Below, piece by piece: positions 47,704 to 57,152 of a stretch of 64,000 bases of DNA (the stretch's first letter is position 1; the number at the start of each line of letters is the position of its first letter). Source of the stretch: an uncultured Bacilli bacterium (lineage in GTDB: Bacteria > Bacillota_I > Bacilli_A > RF39 > UBA660); contig CAJUBJ010000005.1 of the NCBI GenBank assembly GCA_910584655.1, positions 16,229 to 80,228 of the forward strand. The letters are read 5' to 3'. The translations under genes and the position numbers were made by a program. Under the pieces are notes generated by a model that made no database searches, was not told the DNA's origin, and saw only the letters and a program-made list of their open reading frames with translations.

Positions 47704-50700
47704 ATGAAGTTGAATAAAAAGTACACAGGATTATCAATCGTTGTTTGTTTAACTTTTGTTTTAATCTATTTTCTTTCTTCAACACATGCTGATGAAATAG
47801 TAGATAGAACAAATGAATTTAATGAATTTATAGTAAATAGTACAACTCCAGAAGGTGTAACAATTAATATGTTTGATTACTGGATAACAGATACAGATAA
47901 ACCTCAATATGATAATGTCATGCCAAGTGCAGTAAAGCAATTTAGCAATCAAAATATTCGTAGTTCTTCAGGTACACTAAATCCAGATCAAGGTATAAAT
48001 AAGAATCATTTATTTTTATTTAGAAATTCTATAGACCAAGCCTATGGTGTATGGAACTCTAACACTAGAAATTATTTAATTACTAATCCAGGACTAGTAC
48101 AAAATACATTAAGTGCAAATGGTTATCCTCTTTTAAATATAGACCAATTTATGTTAGTTTCATCTAATCGTACCTCAGCTTATCATTTATATCCAACAAC
48201 TCAAACCAACCCTTGGCAAACATGGTCTTACTTTGCAGGTGAGACTGATTCTGCCATATTTCCGCGCTTTGAAGATGCAAAAAATCAACCATATATTTTA
48301 AAACTCGGCGATGACGCTATGAAAGCAAACAAAGACGGACTAGCAACAGAATCTCTTGAATATTTATTTAATCCAACCTACAATCATCCAGGAAAAATAT
48401 CATACACAAACGTAAAAGGTTTATTTAAATCAGCTGGTGATGGATTTTACTATTATGATTGCAAAGAAAACTTTGCTACTTTAGAATATGACATAAATGA
48501 TATTGATCCAACAAGAAAAGTTGTTGATGGAGCTTCAATAAAATTGTATGAAAAACCACTTGTATTTGAAGACTCAGGTACAAAAAAAGAAATGTTTTTC
48601 CCTTTTAATAAGGTATCCGACTTTTTTGAAATAAAAAATGGCGATCTTGTAGAAAAAGATGGTTTAATTAATACTGATGCTGGTTTGGTTGAAAATGCTA
48701 ATCACTTTTTTGGAGTAGAAATGACCGTTCCTTTTCTAGTTCCAGAAAATGGTGTTCTTACTTTAATAGACGAAGAAGGGAATGAAACGGAAGAAGAGAT
48801 TAAATTCGACTTTACAGGAGATGATGACCTTTGGGTTTTTATTGATGATGTATTAGTTTTAGACATAAGTGGTTTCCATACAGGAATGCCAGGGTATATA
48901 AACTTTTCAACTGGAGAAGTGTATAGAGAAACATCACCAGCAGGTTGGACACGTCCACCGGTAATAAATATACAACAAAGTACTACAATGAAAGCTCAAT
49001 TTGAAAGAGCTGGCAAATTTAATCAAGAAGATTGGGAGCAAACAGAAGAAGGAAACTGGATTTTAGCTTCAAATACAAGACATACAATGAAAGTTTACTA
49101 TTTGGAAAGAGGACATGTTGCATCAACTATCAATATTAAATTTAATTTACAAACTCAAATTCCTATAGATTTGAAAAAAATAGATCGAGATGAAAAAGGC
49201 ATTGAAGGAGTAGAATTTGAATTATATCAAGCAAAAGGATATAAACCAACAGGTGATGCTGCTGATGTAACATTAGATGACGTTAAATCCTATATTACAC
49301 CAGAAAATCTAATTACAACTATAATAACTGATGAAAATGGACAAGCAACGTTTAAAGAAAATAATGGCAGTGGCATTAGTGAGAAATTAATAAATTTTTC
49401 AGCTTATTATAACAACGGAAATGGAACACAAATATATATTCTAAAAGAAAAAAATGTTCCAAGTAATTTTCAACCGCTTGCAAACGAAGTTGTCTTAAGA
49501 TACGACCCAAATTTTTCAATGCTTGTAGTAAACAACAAATTTGAAACTGGAGCCTACGCTAATTTTAGATCAACTATATATGGTAATAACCAAATAACTT
49601 ACTCAACACTTAATGAAACAACGGGAGACATTCCTTACACTGATAGTCAGCTTATAAGTGACATAGTGCAAGAAAAAGGCTTGATTATCGGTATACCTTT
49701 AGTAAATAATAATGGATGGTATCCTATTTATGGAAGTAACCAAAAAGGTTTTAGTGCTCCAGATGAGTCATATGGAGATATAAATAATCGTATTTTAGCT
49801 TCAATTCTTTATCAAGCAATTGATGAAGATACTCCAAATTGGTATTTTAAATATAATAATAAAACAAAGCGTTTAGAAGCAACATTTGATCAAATGCCAG
49901 GTACAGCAGATCGCTACAGACTTAAATCATTAGAAAATGATGATGGTGATATGCAAATGGCATATGGAATAATTAATGACATTGGTTTAGAAAATCTAGG
50001 AATAAAAGGAAAAAGTCCAGAAGAACGATATGAAGCACTAATAATGTATTTAAAACAACAAGTAAATGATGGAAAAACAACTGAAGAAGTAGTTAAAGAA
50101 ACAATAAATAAATTAAATGCAGTTAACAATTTTAGTCTAGTAAATATTGATAGATTTTCTCGTAACTTTAGTTCAACAATATATATCCCAAATGATACAA
50201 GAGAATTAATAGTAAACAAAATAGATGAACAAGAAAATCCTGTTAATGGAGCAGTATTCTCAATATATAAAACAGAAGAAGATGCAAATAATAATACAAA
50301 TCCAATAGCAACTGGAACAACAGGAACTGTAAAAGGACAAGATGGTGTATTAATTTTTACTCCAAATGTTTTAAGTTCAGAAGGATATGCGTATGCATCA
50401 TGGACAGGTGCAGAAGTTGGAACAAGATATTATTTAAAAGAAGTCTCCGCTCCAGAAGGATATGTTCTAAATAAAACAATAGTTCCAATTGTATTAGGTG
50501 CACATTCAATTTATGCTGATGCAGGAACTAGTAATGACGGAATATCGGTAAAAGCTGGTATAGGAAGACTGGTTAAAACTATGCATAGATATGCCATAGA
50601 TAGAAATGTAGATATTACTTTAAGAGATATCAAACTAATTGCCCAAACACAGGAATCTAATAACTTTATTGTAAATGATTGGCATGACTCTCCAGGGGGA

Positions 50701-51852
50701 GAAACAATAGAATTACATACATATCCAAATACAGATGCAACTTACACATTACATAAAGGTCAAGAAGGAAGTACATATATAGAAGCAGAAACAGGTTTTA
50801 TTAGAACACGAGTTATACAAAACTATAATAAACATACTGATCCTTCTGAATACGAATATGTTCCAGTTCTAGAACGAAAAGTAGATGAAGACTTAACTGA
50901 TATATATAGAATAGTTAACATAGTTGTAGTAAGAAACAAACGTCAAACTAGAACAATATCAGGTATTGCTTTTGAAGATTTAAATAAAGATGATTTATAT
51001 ACTGAATCAGAGGATACGTTATTACCTAATATAAAAGTTTCATTAATTAATCCAATTAATAATTCCATAATTGAAGAAACTACAACTAATGATAAAGGAT
51101 ATTATATTTTCAAAAACTTAAATTTAGATAAATACATAGTTAAATTTGAATTAAAAAATGGATATATAGTAATAGAAAAAGGAATTGAAAATAATAGCAA
51201 TAAAGCTAATCCAGATGGAAAAACTGATGAAATTGAATTTGATTCAACACTAGATTCTTTGTTAGATATTGAAAATATAAATTTAGGCTTAAGAATTGTT
51301 AAATTTATGTTCACAAAAATAGATGGAAATAATAGAGATGCTCCAATAAAAAATGCTGGTTCGTTTGAATTCTATGAATATATTTGTGATATAGAAAATG
51401 AAGAACTATATACAAGTTTAGTAAAAGACAATCCTAATTGTTTTAAACAAATAGGACAAACCACTAGAACAGATGAAAATGGAATAGTAGAATTCAGTAA
51501 ACTAGAGGCAACTAATTATCGATTAGTAGAAAGTGACGCCCCAGACGGATTTGTAAGACCAAGTGGGGAATGGAATATAACTTTTAGTAGTGGTAACATA
51601 AAGTCAATTGAATGCATTGGAGGATCTGAAGGTGGAAAATGTCCAGCATTTATAAACATAAAAGAAGAAGGTAAACTTTACTTACCAAATTTAAAAGCTG
51701 CTTCAATTCCAAATTCAGGAGGAATAGGAAGAATCATAATCACTTCTTTTGGAGTCACAACAATGGGAGTAGGATTATTAATTCTTATTAGTGACAAAAA
51801 GAAAATATCTATTATTTTAAATAGAATTAAAAAAAGAACAATTGCAAAATAA
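47704..51852 (+). CDS. 1382-aa cell-surface adhesin: PA14/fibro-slime-like domain, SpaA/Cna-B-type isopeptide-fold domains, SdrD-B-like domain, C-terminal IPNSG sorting signal
   Basis: Signal peptide ..VVCLTFVLIYFLSSTHA. FDFTGDDDLWVFIDDVLVLDISGFH (PA14/fibro-slime). GVEFELYQ.., GAVFSIYK..YYLKEVSAPEGYVLN, FEFYEY..YRLVESDAPDGFV (SpaA-like). ISGIAFEDLNKDDLY..NDKGYYIFKNLNLDKYIVKF (SdrD B). Ends IPNSGG, hydrophobic helix, DKKK. Confidence 0.8.
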   Translation: MKLNKKYTGLSIVVCLTFVLIYFLSSTHADEIVDRTNEFNEFIVNSTTPEGVTINMFDYWITDTDKPQYDNVMPSAVKQFSNQNIRSSSGTLNPDQGINKNHLFLFRNSIDQAYGVWNSNTRNYLITNPGLVQNTLSANGYPLLNIDQFMLVSSNRTSAYHLYPTTQTNPWQTWSYFAGETDSAIFPRFEDAKNQPYILKLGDDAMKANKDGLATESLEYLFNPTYNHPGKISYTNVKGLFKSAGDGFYYYDCKENFATLEYDINDIDPTRKVVDGASIKLYEKPLVFEDSGTKKEMFFPFNKVSDFFEIKNGDLVEKDGLINTDAGLVENANHFFGVEMTVPFLVPENGVLTLIDEEGNETEEEIKFDFTGDDDLWVFIDDVLVLDISGFHTGMPGYINFSTGEVYRETSPAGWTRPPVINIQQSTTMKAQFERAGKFNQEDWEQTEEGNWILASNTRHTMKVYYLERGHVASTINIKFNLQTQIPIDLKKIDRDEKGIEGVEFELYQAKGYKPTGDAADVTLDDVKSYITPENLITTIITDENGQATFKENNGSGISEKLINFSAYYNNGNGTQIYILKEKNVPSNFQPLANEVVLRYDPNFSMLVVNNKFETGAYANFRSTIYGNNQITYSTLNETTGDIPYTDSQLISDIVQEKGLIIGIPLVNNNGWYPIYGSNQKGFSAPDESYGDINNRILASILYQAIDEDTPNWYFKYNNKTKRLEATFDQMPGTADRYRLKSLENDDGDMQMAYGIINDIGLENLGIKGKSPEERYEALIMYLKQQVNDGKTTEEVVKETINKLNAVNNFSLVNIDRFSRNFSSTIYIPNDTRELIVNKIDEQENPVNGAVFSIYKTEEDANNNTNPIATGTTGTVKGQDGVLIFTPNVLSSEGYAYASWTGAEVGTRYYLKEVSAPEGYVLNKTIVPIVLGAHSIYADAGTSNDGISVKAGIGRLVKTMHRYAIDRNVDITLRDIKLIAQTQESNNFIVNDWHDSPGGETIELHTYPNTDATYTLHKGQEGSTYIEAETGFIRTRVIQNYNKHTDPSEYEYVPVLERKVDEDLTDIYRIVNIVVVRNKRQTRTISGIAFEDLNKDDLYTESEDTLLPNIKVSLINPINNSIIEETTTNDKGYYIFKNLNLDKYIVKFELKNGYIVIEKGIENNSNKANPDGKTDEIEFDSTLDSLLDIENINLGLRIVKFMFTKIDGNNRDAPIKNAGSFEFYEYICDIENEELYTSLVKDNPNCFKQIGQTTRTDENGIVEFSKLEATNYRLVESDAPDGFVRPSGEWNITFSSGNIKSIECIGGSEGGKCPAFINIKEEGKLYLPNLKAASIPNSGGIGRIIITSFGVTTMGVGLLILISDKKKISIILNRIKKRTIAK

Positions 51853-51890
51853 AAAATAAAATAAAACAATCCAAAAAAATCCCGAATATA

Positions 51891-51923
51891 AAAACTCTCA
51901 AGTTTATACCTTGAGAGTTTTTA
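51891..51923. terminator. Bidirectional terminator between convergent genes
   Basis: 12-bp stem aaaactctcaag/cttgagagtttt, 7-nt loop. Confidence 0.8.
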
Positions 51924-52286
51924 TTATTTTAAAAGCTCATAAACCTTATCAACTTCCATTTCCTTGACAGGAGTTTCAAAATCAGGAAGTAAATGTAAAT
52001 GAAAATGATTTACAAGATTATACCCATAATTTACTTGTAAAGTAATGCCAGTCTTATTTAATTTACTTATTATATCCTTAGATAAAATTCTTGCCACTTT
52101 ATAAACATGAGATAAAGCTTCATCACTAATTTCATAAAAATTTTCAAAATGTTCTTTAGGAATAACTAGAACATGTCCATCAACAACAGGGTTTATATCC
52201 ATAATAGCAATAACCTTATCATCTTCATAGATTTTTTTAGAAGGAATTTCACCTTTAATAATTTTACAAAATATACAATCATTCAT
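51924..52286 (-). CDS. HIT-family (histidine triad) nucleotide hydrolase
   Basis: CIFCKII.GEIP.., ..DINPVVDGHVLVIPK.., histidine triad HFHLHLLP. Confidence 0.9.
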   Translation of the reverse strand: MNDCIFCKIIKGEIPSKKIYEDDKVIAIMDINPVVDGHVLVIPKEHFENFYEISDEALSHVYKVARILSKDIISKLNKTGITLQVNYGYNLVNHFHLHLLPDFETPVKEMEVDKVYELLK

Positions 52287-52407
52287 TTCTTATCACCTAC
52301 AAAATATGTTATCAAAAAAATAGAAAAAGGTAAATGCTATCTAATTGAATTATAACTAAATATATAATATAATTATATAAGAATAGAGTAGTCTAAGGAG
52401 TTTTTAT

Positions 52408-54303
52408 ATGGATAAAATAAAAAAACATTTATATATAATTATTATCTTGTTTGCTTTTTTGCCAATACTATGTAATGCGGCAACAGAATTAGGTGCCTCA
52501 ACTCAAAGTCCTGTTACAGGTTCAAATATTTATGTTCAATTAGATGCAAACTATGGTGATAAACTAAAAATAAGAGATTTTCATGTAATAATTACATACA
52601 ATCCAGATTATCTTGAATTTGATACAATAACATGGATTCAAAGTAGAGGAACGTATAGACATGAACCAGGAAAAATAACTATCGATAAAGATCCAGGTAT
52701 CAACTGGGAAAGTGGCGCAACACTTCAAATGAAATTTAAAGTTAAAAGAACTGGTCTAACTAAAGTTGACGTTTTAAGAAATGGTGATTCTCATTATGAC
52801 TCAAATTGTGACAAAGGGTGTGACATCATAGGTCAAAGTTTTGCCGGAGTTTCAATAAATGCAATCGAACCAAGTTCTCAAACCTTAATTGGAACATTAT
52901 ATGTAAAAGGTTATACAATGCTTCCTACATTCAGCAAAACAAACTTTTCATACAACTTAACTGTTCCGCCAGATGTTAACTATATTGATATAGTTGCAAC
53001 AAAAAGTGATAGTCGTCAGACTCTTTCTGGATATGGTGTGCAAAAATTAGCTTATGGAAATAACATTTTTTATATTACAGTTACTGCCCAAAATGGAGCA
53101 ACACAGACCTACGAAATTAATGTTAATCGTACAGATAATAGAACAGGAGATACAACATTAAAAAGTTTATATGTATCAGGAACAAATTTAAGATATGAAG
53201 AAAATAAAAATGTTTATGAAGCAACAGTAAGCAAAAGTGTAGAAAGTGTTCTTATTAATGCTCGCCCTAATGACCCAAACGCAACAGTAATTGGGACAGG
53301 AACAAAAGAACTTAATATTGGAAAAAATACATTTTCTATAAGTGTTGCATCATCTGCAGGAAGAATATCAAACTATACAATCATAATTAATCGCTCAACA
53401 GAAGAATTTCAAACATTTGAAAAAAGTAGTAAATTAAGAACTATAAAAGTTAATAACCTAGTTTTAGATATATCTGATGATAAAAAAAGTTGGCTTTATG
53501 GAATCGGAAAAGATTACGATAGTTTAACAATTGACACAATAACAGAAAGTTCAACAGCATTAGTTGAAATTGAAGGAAATGAAAACTTAAAATCAGGTTT
53601 AAATGTTATTACAATAAAAGTAATCGAACCAAATGAAAGTGAAGATGAAGATGCTGAAGATGACATAACAGAGTATTACTTGATTGTTTATAAAAATCCT
53701 ACAAACGCAACTTTAATCAATGATATCAATAATGTAACAGAGAAAACTGACATCATTTATAATACAACTGAAAATGATACACATATCATTCCTTTAACTA
53801 CATTAAAGAACATAAAAAATAATAATTCTAAATTATATTATAATGTTGTAAATTTCTACAATGGAATTTTATATCAAGCAATTATTTCTGAAAATACCCC
53901 TAATAGTAATTTAAATGCATCTTTTAAAAAAATATCTGATGGTCCTTTAACTTTTCAAACAGAATTACCAGAAGGAACTGAAATGCTAGTATATTTAGGA
54001 GACTATTTTGATGACGAAGCAAATGTAAAAATATACACATATAACGAAAATGAAGAATATACATTATTAACTGATGGAATTACTTTACAAAACGGATATA
54101 TTTCTTTTGTCGCTAATGGAAAAAATAATTACGTCTTTTCACTTGCATCATTAATAAAAGAAAAATCTCCGTTAGAGCAATTTTTAGCAAACAATAAAAA
54201 ATATCTAATAGGAACTATATGTATAGTAGTATTTATAATAATTATATCAATCTTACTAAATAAGATAAAAAGACAAAAAAATGATAATGAACCATTATAT
54301 TAA
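52408..54303 (+). CDS. Surface protein: cohesin-like N-terminal domain, three cadherin-like beta-sandwich repeats, C-terminal TM anchor
   Basis: Signal peptide. Repeats L.TLYVKGYTMLP.FS..NFSYNLTV...YEINVNR / LKSLYVSGTNL....YEATV...YTIIINR / LRTIKVNN...YYLIVYK. C-terminal helix LIGTICIVVFIIIISILL followed by KIKRQK. Confidence 0.7.
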   Translation: MDKIKKHLYIIIILFAFLPILCNAATELGASTQSPVTGSNIYVQLDANYGDKLKIRDFHVIITYNPDYLEFDTITWIQSRGTYRHEPGKITIDKDPGINWESGATLQMKFKVKRTGLTKVDVLRNGDSHYDSNCDKGCDIIGQSFAGVSINAIEPSSQTLIGTLYVKGYTMLPTFSKTNFSYNLTVPPDVNYIDIVATKSDSRQTLSGYGVQKLAYGNNIFYITVTAQNGATQTYEINVNRTDNRTGDTTLKSLYVSGTNLRYEENKNVYEATVSKSVESVLINARPNDPNATVIGTGTKELNIGKNTFSISVASSAGRISNYTIIINRSTEEFQTFEKSSKLRTIKVNNLVLDISDDKKSWLYGIGKDYDSLTIDTITESSTALVEIEGNENLKSGLNVITIKVIEPNESEDEDAEDDITEYYLIVYKNPTNATLINDINNVTEKTDIIYNTTENDTHIIPLTTLKNIKNNNSKLYYNVVNFYNGILYQAIISENTPNSNLNASFKKISDGPLTFQTELPEGTEMLVYLGDYFDDEANVKIYTYNENEEYTLLTDGITLQNGYISFVANGKNNYVFSLASLIKEKSPLEQFLANNKKYLIGTICIVVFIIIISILLNKIKRQKNDNEPLY

Positions 54304-54313
54304 TGGTTTTTTA
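54290..54313 (+). terminator. Rho-independent terminator
   Basis: 8-bp stem aaccatta/taatggtt (3-nt loop), T-run. Confidence 0.6.
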
Positions 54314-54362
54314 TTTTTGTTTGTGATATTATTGTTACATACTAAAGTGAGTTGATGTAAAA

Positions 54363-55787
54363 ATGAGTATAGAAGATTTAATAAAAGAAGTAGAAAAATA
54401 TAATCCTGAAGAAATTGAACGTGTTAAAAAAGCCTATGAAATAGCTGCTCAAGCTCATGCTTTTCAGAAAAGAGAAAGCGGTGAACCATACATAATTCAT
54501 CCCCTTAACGTTTGTATGAATTTAACTCGTTTTAAAGCTGATGGAGCATCTCTATGTGCAGGGCTTCTTCATGATGTAGTAGAAGATACAGACTATACAT
54601 TAGAAGAAATAGAAAAATTATTTGGTAGTGATGTAGCCTTCTTAGTTGATGGTGTTACTAAAATTAGCAATCTCCATTTTAATTCCAAAGATGATGCAAC
54701 AAATGCCAATATTAGAAGATTAATAAATAGTTTAAATGATGACGTTAGAATTATTATTATTAAATTATGTGACCGTTTACACAATATGCATACACTTGAA
54801 TTTAAAGCCCCAGAGAAAAGGATAAGAAGTGCTAAGGAAACTCTTAATATATTCGTCCCTTTAGCTTACTTTATTGGAGCATTTCAAATTAAATGTGAAT
54901 TAGAAGACATCTGTTTATCATATTTAGATAATGAAACTTATAATACCATTCAAGGTAAAATAAAAGAAATAGAAAAAGATTATGCAAAATGTAGTGAAAT
55001 AGCAAGTTTACAAGTAACAAAGCTATTAACTGAAAATAATATAAAATTCACATATCGCATAAAAATATTAAACATTTATCATTTATATACAAAATTAAAT
55101 AAAGGCTACAAACTAAGTGATATTCATGACTTAGTCAATTTCAAGTTGATATTAGACGATAATGAGGATCCATATCATGTATTAGGTCTAATTCATAAAT
55201 TATATACTCCAATGAACAACAAATTTAAAGATTATATAGCTTGTCCAAAAACAAATATGTATCGTTCCTTACATACTACTGTTTTTGGTCCAGATAATCA
55301 CTTACTTCAATTTCAAATAAAAACTAAAACAATGGATGACGTAAATACTATTGGCTTAGCAGCTTACTGGAAACTATATCATGCTGATGGTAAGACAAAA
55401 ATGCAACATGAATTAAAACTTAATTATCAATTCTTTAATACTTTAAGGGATTTAAATGATATATCAGAAAGTGATTCTGTGTTCCTAGACAAAGTTAAAC
55501 AAGAAATATTTTCAAATAACATTTATGTTTATACTTTAAGAGGAGATATTTTTGAATTACCAAATGGTTCAACTGTAATAGATTTTGCTTATAAACTTCA
55601 TACCGATTGGGGAAATCACTTACATAAAGCTTATATAAATGGTAAAGAAGTTGATTTAACAACAAAATTAAATAATAAAGATCGTATTTTATTAATAAAA
55701 AAAGACACTGCGACTCCTAAAAAGACATGGCTTGATCATGTAGCAACATCAAGAGCAAAAAGAAAAATAAAAGAGGCTTTAAAATAA
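54363..55787 (+). CDS. rel: Short RelA/SpoT-homolog: HD hydrolase, degenerate synthetase and TGS domains; distal C-terminal regulatory domains absent
   Basis: HD: RESGEPYIIHPLNV, LLHDVVEDT, LVDGVTKIS. Synthetase region: KFKDYIACPKTNMYRSLHTTVFGP, but LLQFQIKT in place of the E-[VI]-Q-I-R-T motif. TGS: IYVYTLRGDIFELPNGSTVIDFAY. The protein stops ~20 aa after ..WLDHVATSRAKRKI... Confidence 0.8.
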   Translation: MSIEDLIKEVEKYNPEEIERVKKAYEIAAQAHAFQKRESGEPYIIHPLNVCMNLTRFKADGASLCAGLLHDVVEDTDYTLEEIEKLFGSDVAFLVDGVTKISNLHFNSKDDATNANIRRLINSLNDDVRIIIIKLCDRLHNMHTLEFKAPEKRIRSAKETLNIFVPLAYFIGAFQIKCELEDICLSYLDNETYNTIQGKIKEIEKDYAKCSEIASLQVTKLLTENNIKFTYRIKILNIYHLYTKLNKGYKLSDIHDLVNFKLILDDNEDPYHVLGLIHKLYTPMNNKFKDYIACPKTNMYRSLHTTVFGPDNHLLQFQIKTKTMDDVNTIGLAAYWKLYHADGKTKMQHELKLNYQFFNTLRDLNDISESDSVFLDKVKQEIFSNNIYVYTLRGDIFELPNGSTVIDFAYKLHTDWGNHLHKAYINGKEVDLTTKLNNKDRILLIKKDTATPKKTWLDHVATSRAKRKIKEALK

Positions 55788-55864
55788 GCCTTCTTTTTGT
55801 GGTAAAATTTGACCATATTTTTATCTTTTGTTAAAATCATCTTAATAAAAAGGGGGGCGTTGCT

Positions 55865-56455
55865 ATGGTTAAATATAACGATAATAAAGATATTAATAAA
55901 TTAAGAAATATCTTCGGAAATGTTTATATCGCTTTAAGTAATATTGATGAATTAAATAGTAATTATGAAGAGCTTAAATCACAAAAAGAAAATTTATTAA
56001 AAAAAATCATCAATTTCATTTCATCTTCTAGTTTAAATAAAGTAATGTCTATTGAGACTTGGCAATTAGACTTGCTATTACTAGAAACACCTAATCAAGA
56101 AACTAAAAATTCAGATTTTAAATATTATACATATTATAGTTTTAAAGAATTAGATTTTATTAAATTACTAAAATCAATCTCTCAAAATAAAAATATTTTA
56201 TCTTCTGAAGAATACAATTTGTTATATAATTTTATTCCTAATAAAAAAGCTATTGAAGATATGTTAACAAATTCTGGTGATAATTTTCTTATAGTAAATC
56301 CCTTTATAGCAGGTATTATATATAGGTTAATAATAAATAGACATATAACAGTAGGACATACCATTAAAGCTTATGAAAGATTATGCCATAATTTAGATTT
56401 TACAAAATATCAAACTGGCCCAGAGTTGGAATTAAAACCAATAGATAATCGCTAA
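55865..56455 (+). CDS. Hypothetical protein
   Basis: 196-aa ORF with an AGGGGGG RBS. No motif recognised. Confidence 0.5.
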   Translation: MVKYNDNKDINKLRNIFGNVYIALSNIDELNSNYEELKSQKENLLKKIINFISSSSLNKVMSIETWQLDLLLLETPNQETKNSDFKYYTYYSFKELDFIKLLKSISQNKNILSSEEYNLLYNFIPNKKAIEDMLTNSGDNFLIVNPFIAGIIYRLIINRHITVGHTIKAYERLCHNLDFTKYQTGPELELKPIDNR

Positions 56456-56548
56456 TTATAATATGAATGACTTTATTAAGTCATTTTTCTTTACTATTTA
56501 ATCAATATTTAGGACATTTGTGCATACATTAAATTAGAGGTGAATAAT

Positions 56549-57073
56549 ATGTCTAATTATAAAGAAATAGTAACAAAGACTATTGTTGGTAAAGGACGTA
56601 AATCTTTTAAAGGAGAATATAGTTTAACTCCAGAAAATACTCCCAATACAGTTTTAGGTTGTTGGGTAATTAATCACAGCTTTGATGGCACAAACCATAA
56701 AAATGAAGTAAATGTAAATGGATCTTTTGATGTAAATGTTTGGTATTCATATGATCAAGATTCTAAAACAGCAGTTACAACTAGAAATTTTACTTATAAT
56801 GAATTAATGCGTCTACGAGTTAAAGATTTTGAATCTTTAAGCAATGATAATGAAATAATTGTCAGAAGTTTAAAACAGCCTACCGTTCAAGATGTCAATA
56901 TTAAAGGAAATGACGTTTATCTTACCATTGAAAAAGAATTAGGTGTTGAAATAGTAGGTGAAGGAAAAGTAAAAATTGCCATAGAAGAAGATGAACTTCC
57001 TTGGGATGATATTTATGACGAAGACAACAAAGATGACATAAAAGAAGATTATTTAGATGATAAAGGAATATAA
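56549..57073 (+). CDS. cotE: Outer spore coat morphogenetic protein CotE
   Basis: MSNYKEIVTKTIVGKGRK...VLGCWVINH...DVNVWYSY...EIIVRSLKQP...GVEIVGEGKV plus an acidic C-terminal tail. Collinear with Bacillus CotE as I recall it. ATG follows AGAGGTG. Confidence 0.8.
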   Translation: MSNYKEIVTKTIVGKGRKSFKGEYSLTPENTPNTVLGCWVINHSFDGTNHKNEVNVNGSFDVNVWYSYDQDSKTAVTTRNFTYNELMRLRVKDFESLSNDNEIIVRSLKQPTVQDVNIKGNDVYLTIEKELGVEIVGEGKVKIAIEEDELPWDDIYDEDNKDDIKEDYLDDKGI

Positions 57074-57152
57074 TTTATCATCTTTTATTTTATAAATAAA
57101 TTTTATATCTTTTCTAAACTATAAAGTGATATCATTAATATAGGTGGTTAGT

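Noticed and set aside
47621-47812. 63-aa minus-strand ORF over the promoter and 5' end of the giant adhesin gene
   Set aside because: It overlaps the adhesin RBS and signal-peptide coding region in antisense, with no motif. The region is better explained as an extended -10 promoter (TGATATAAT) plus leader.
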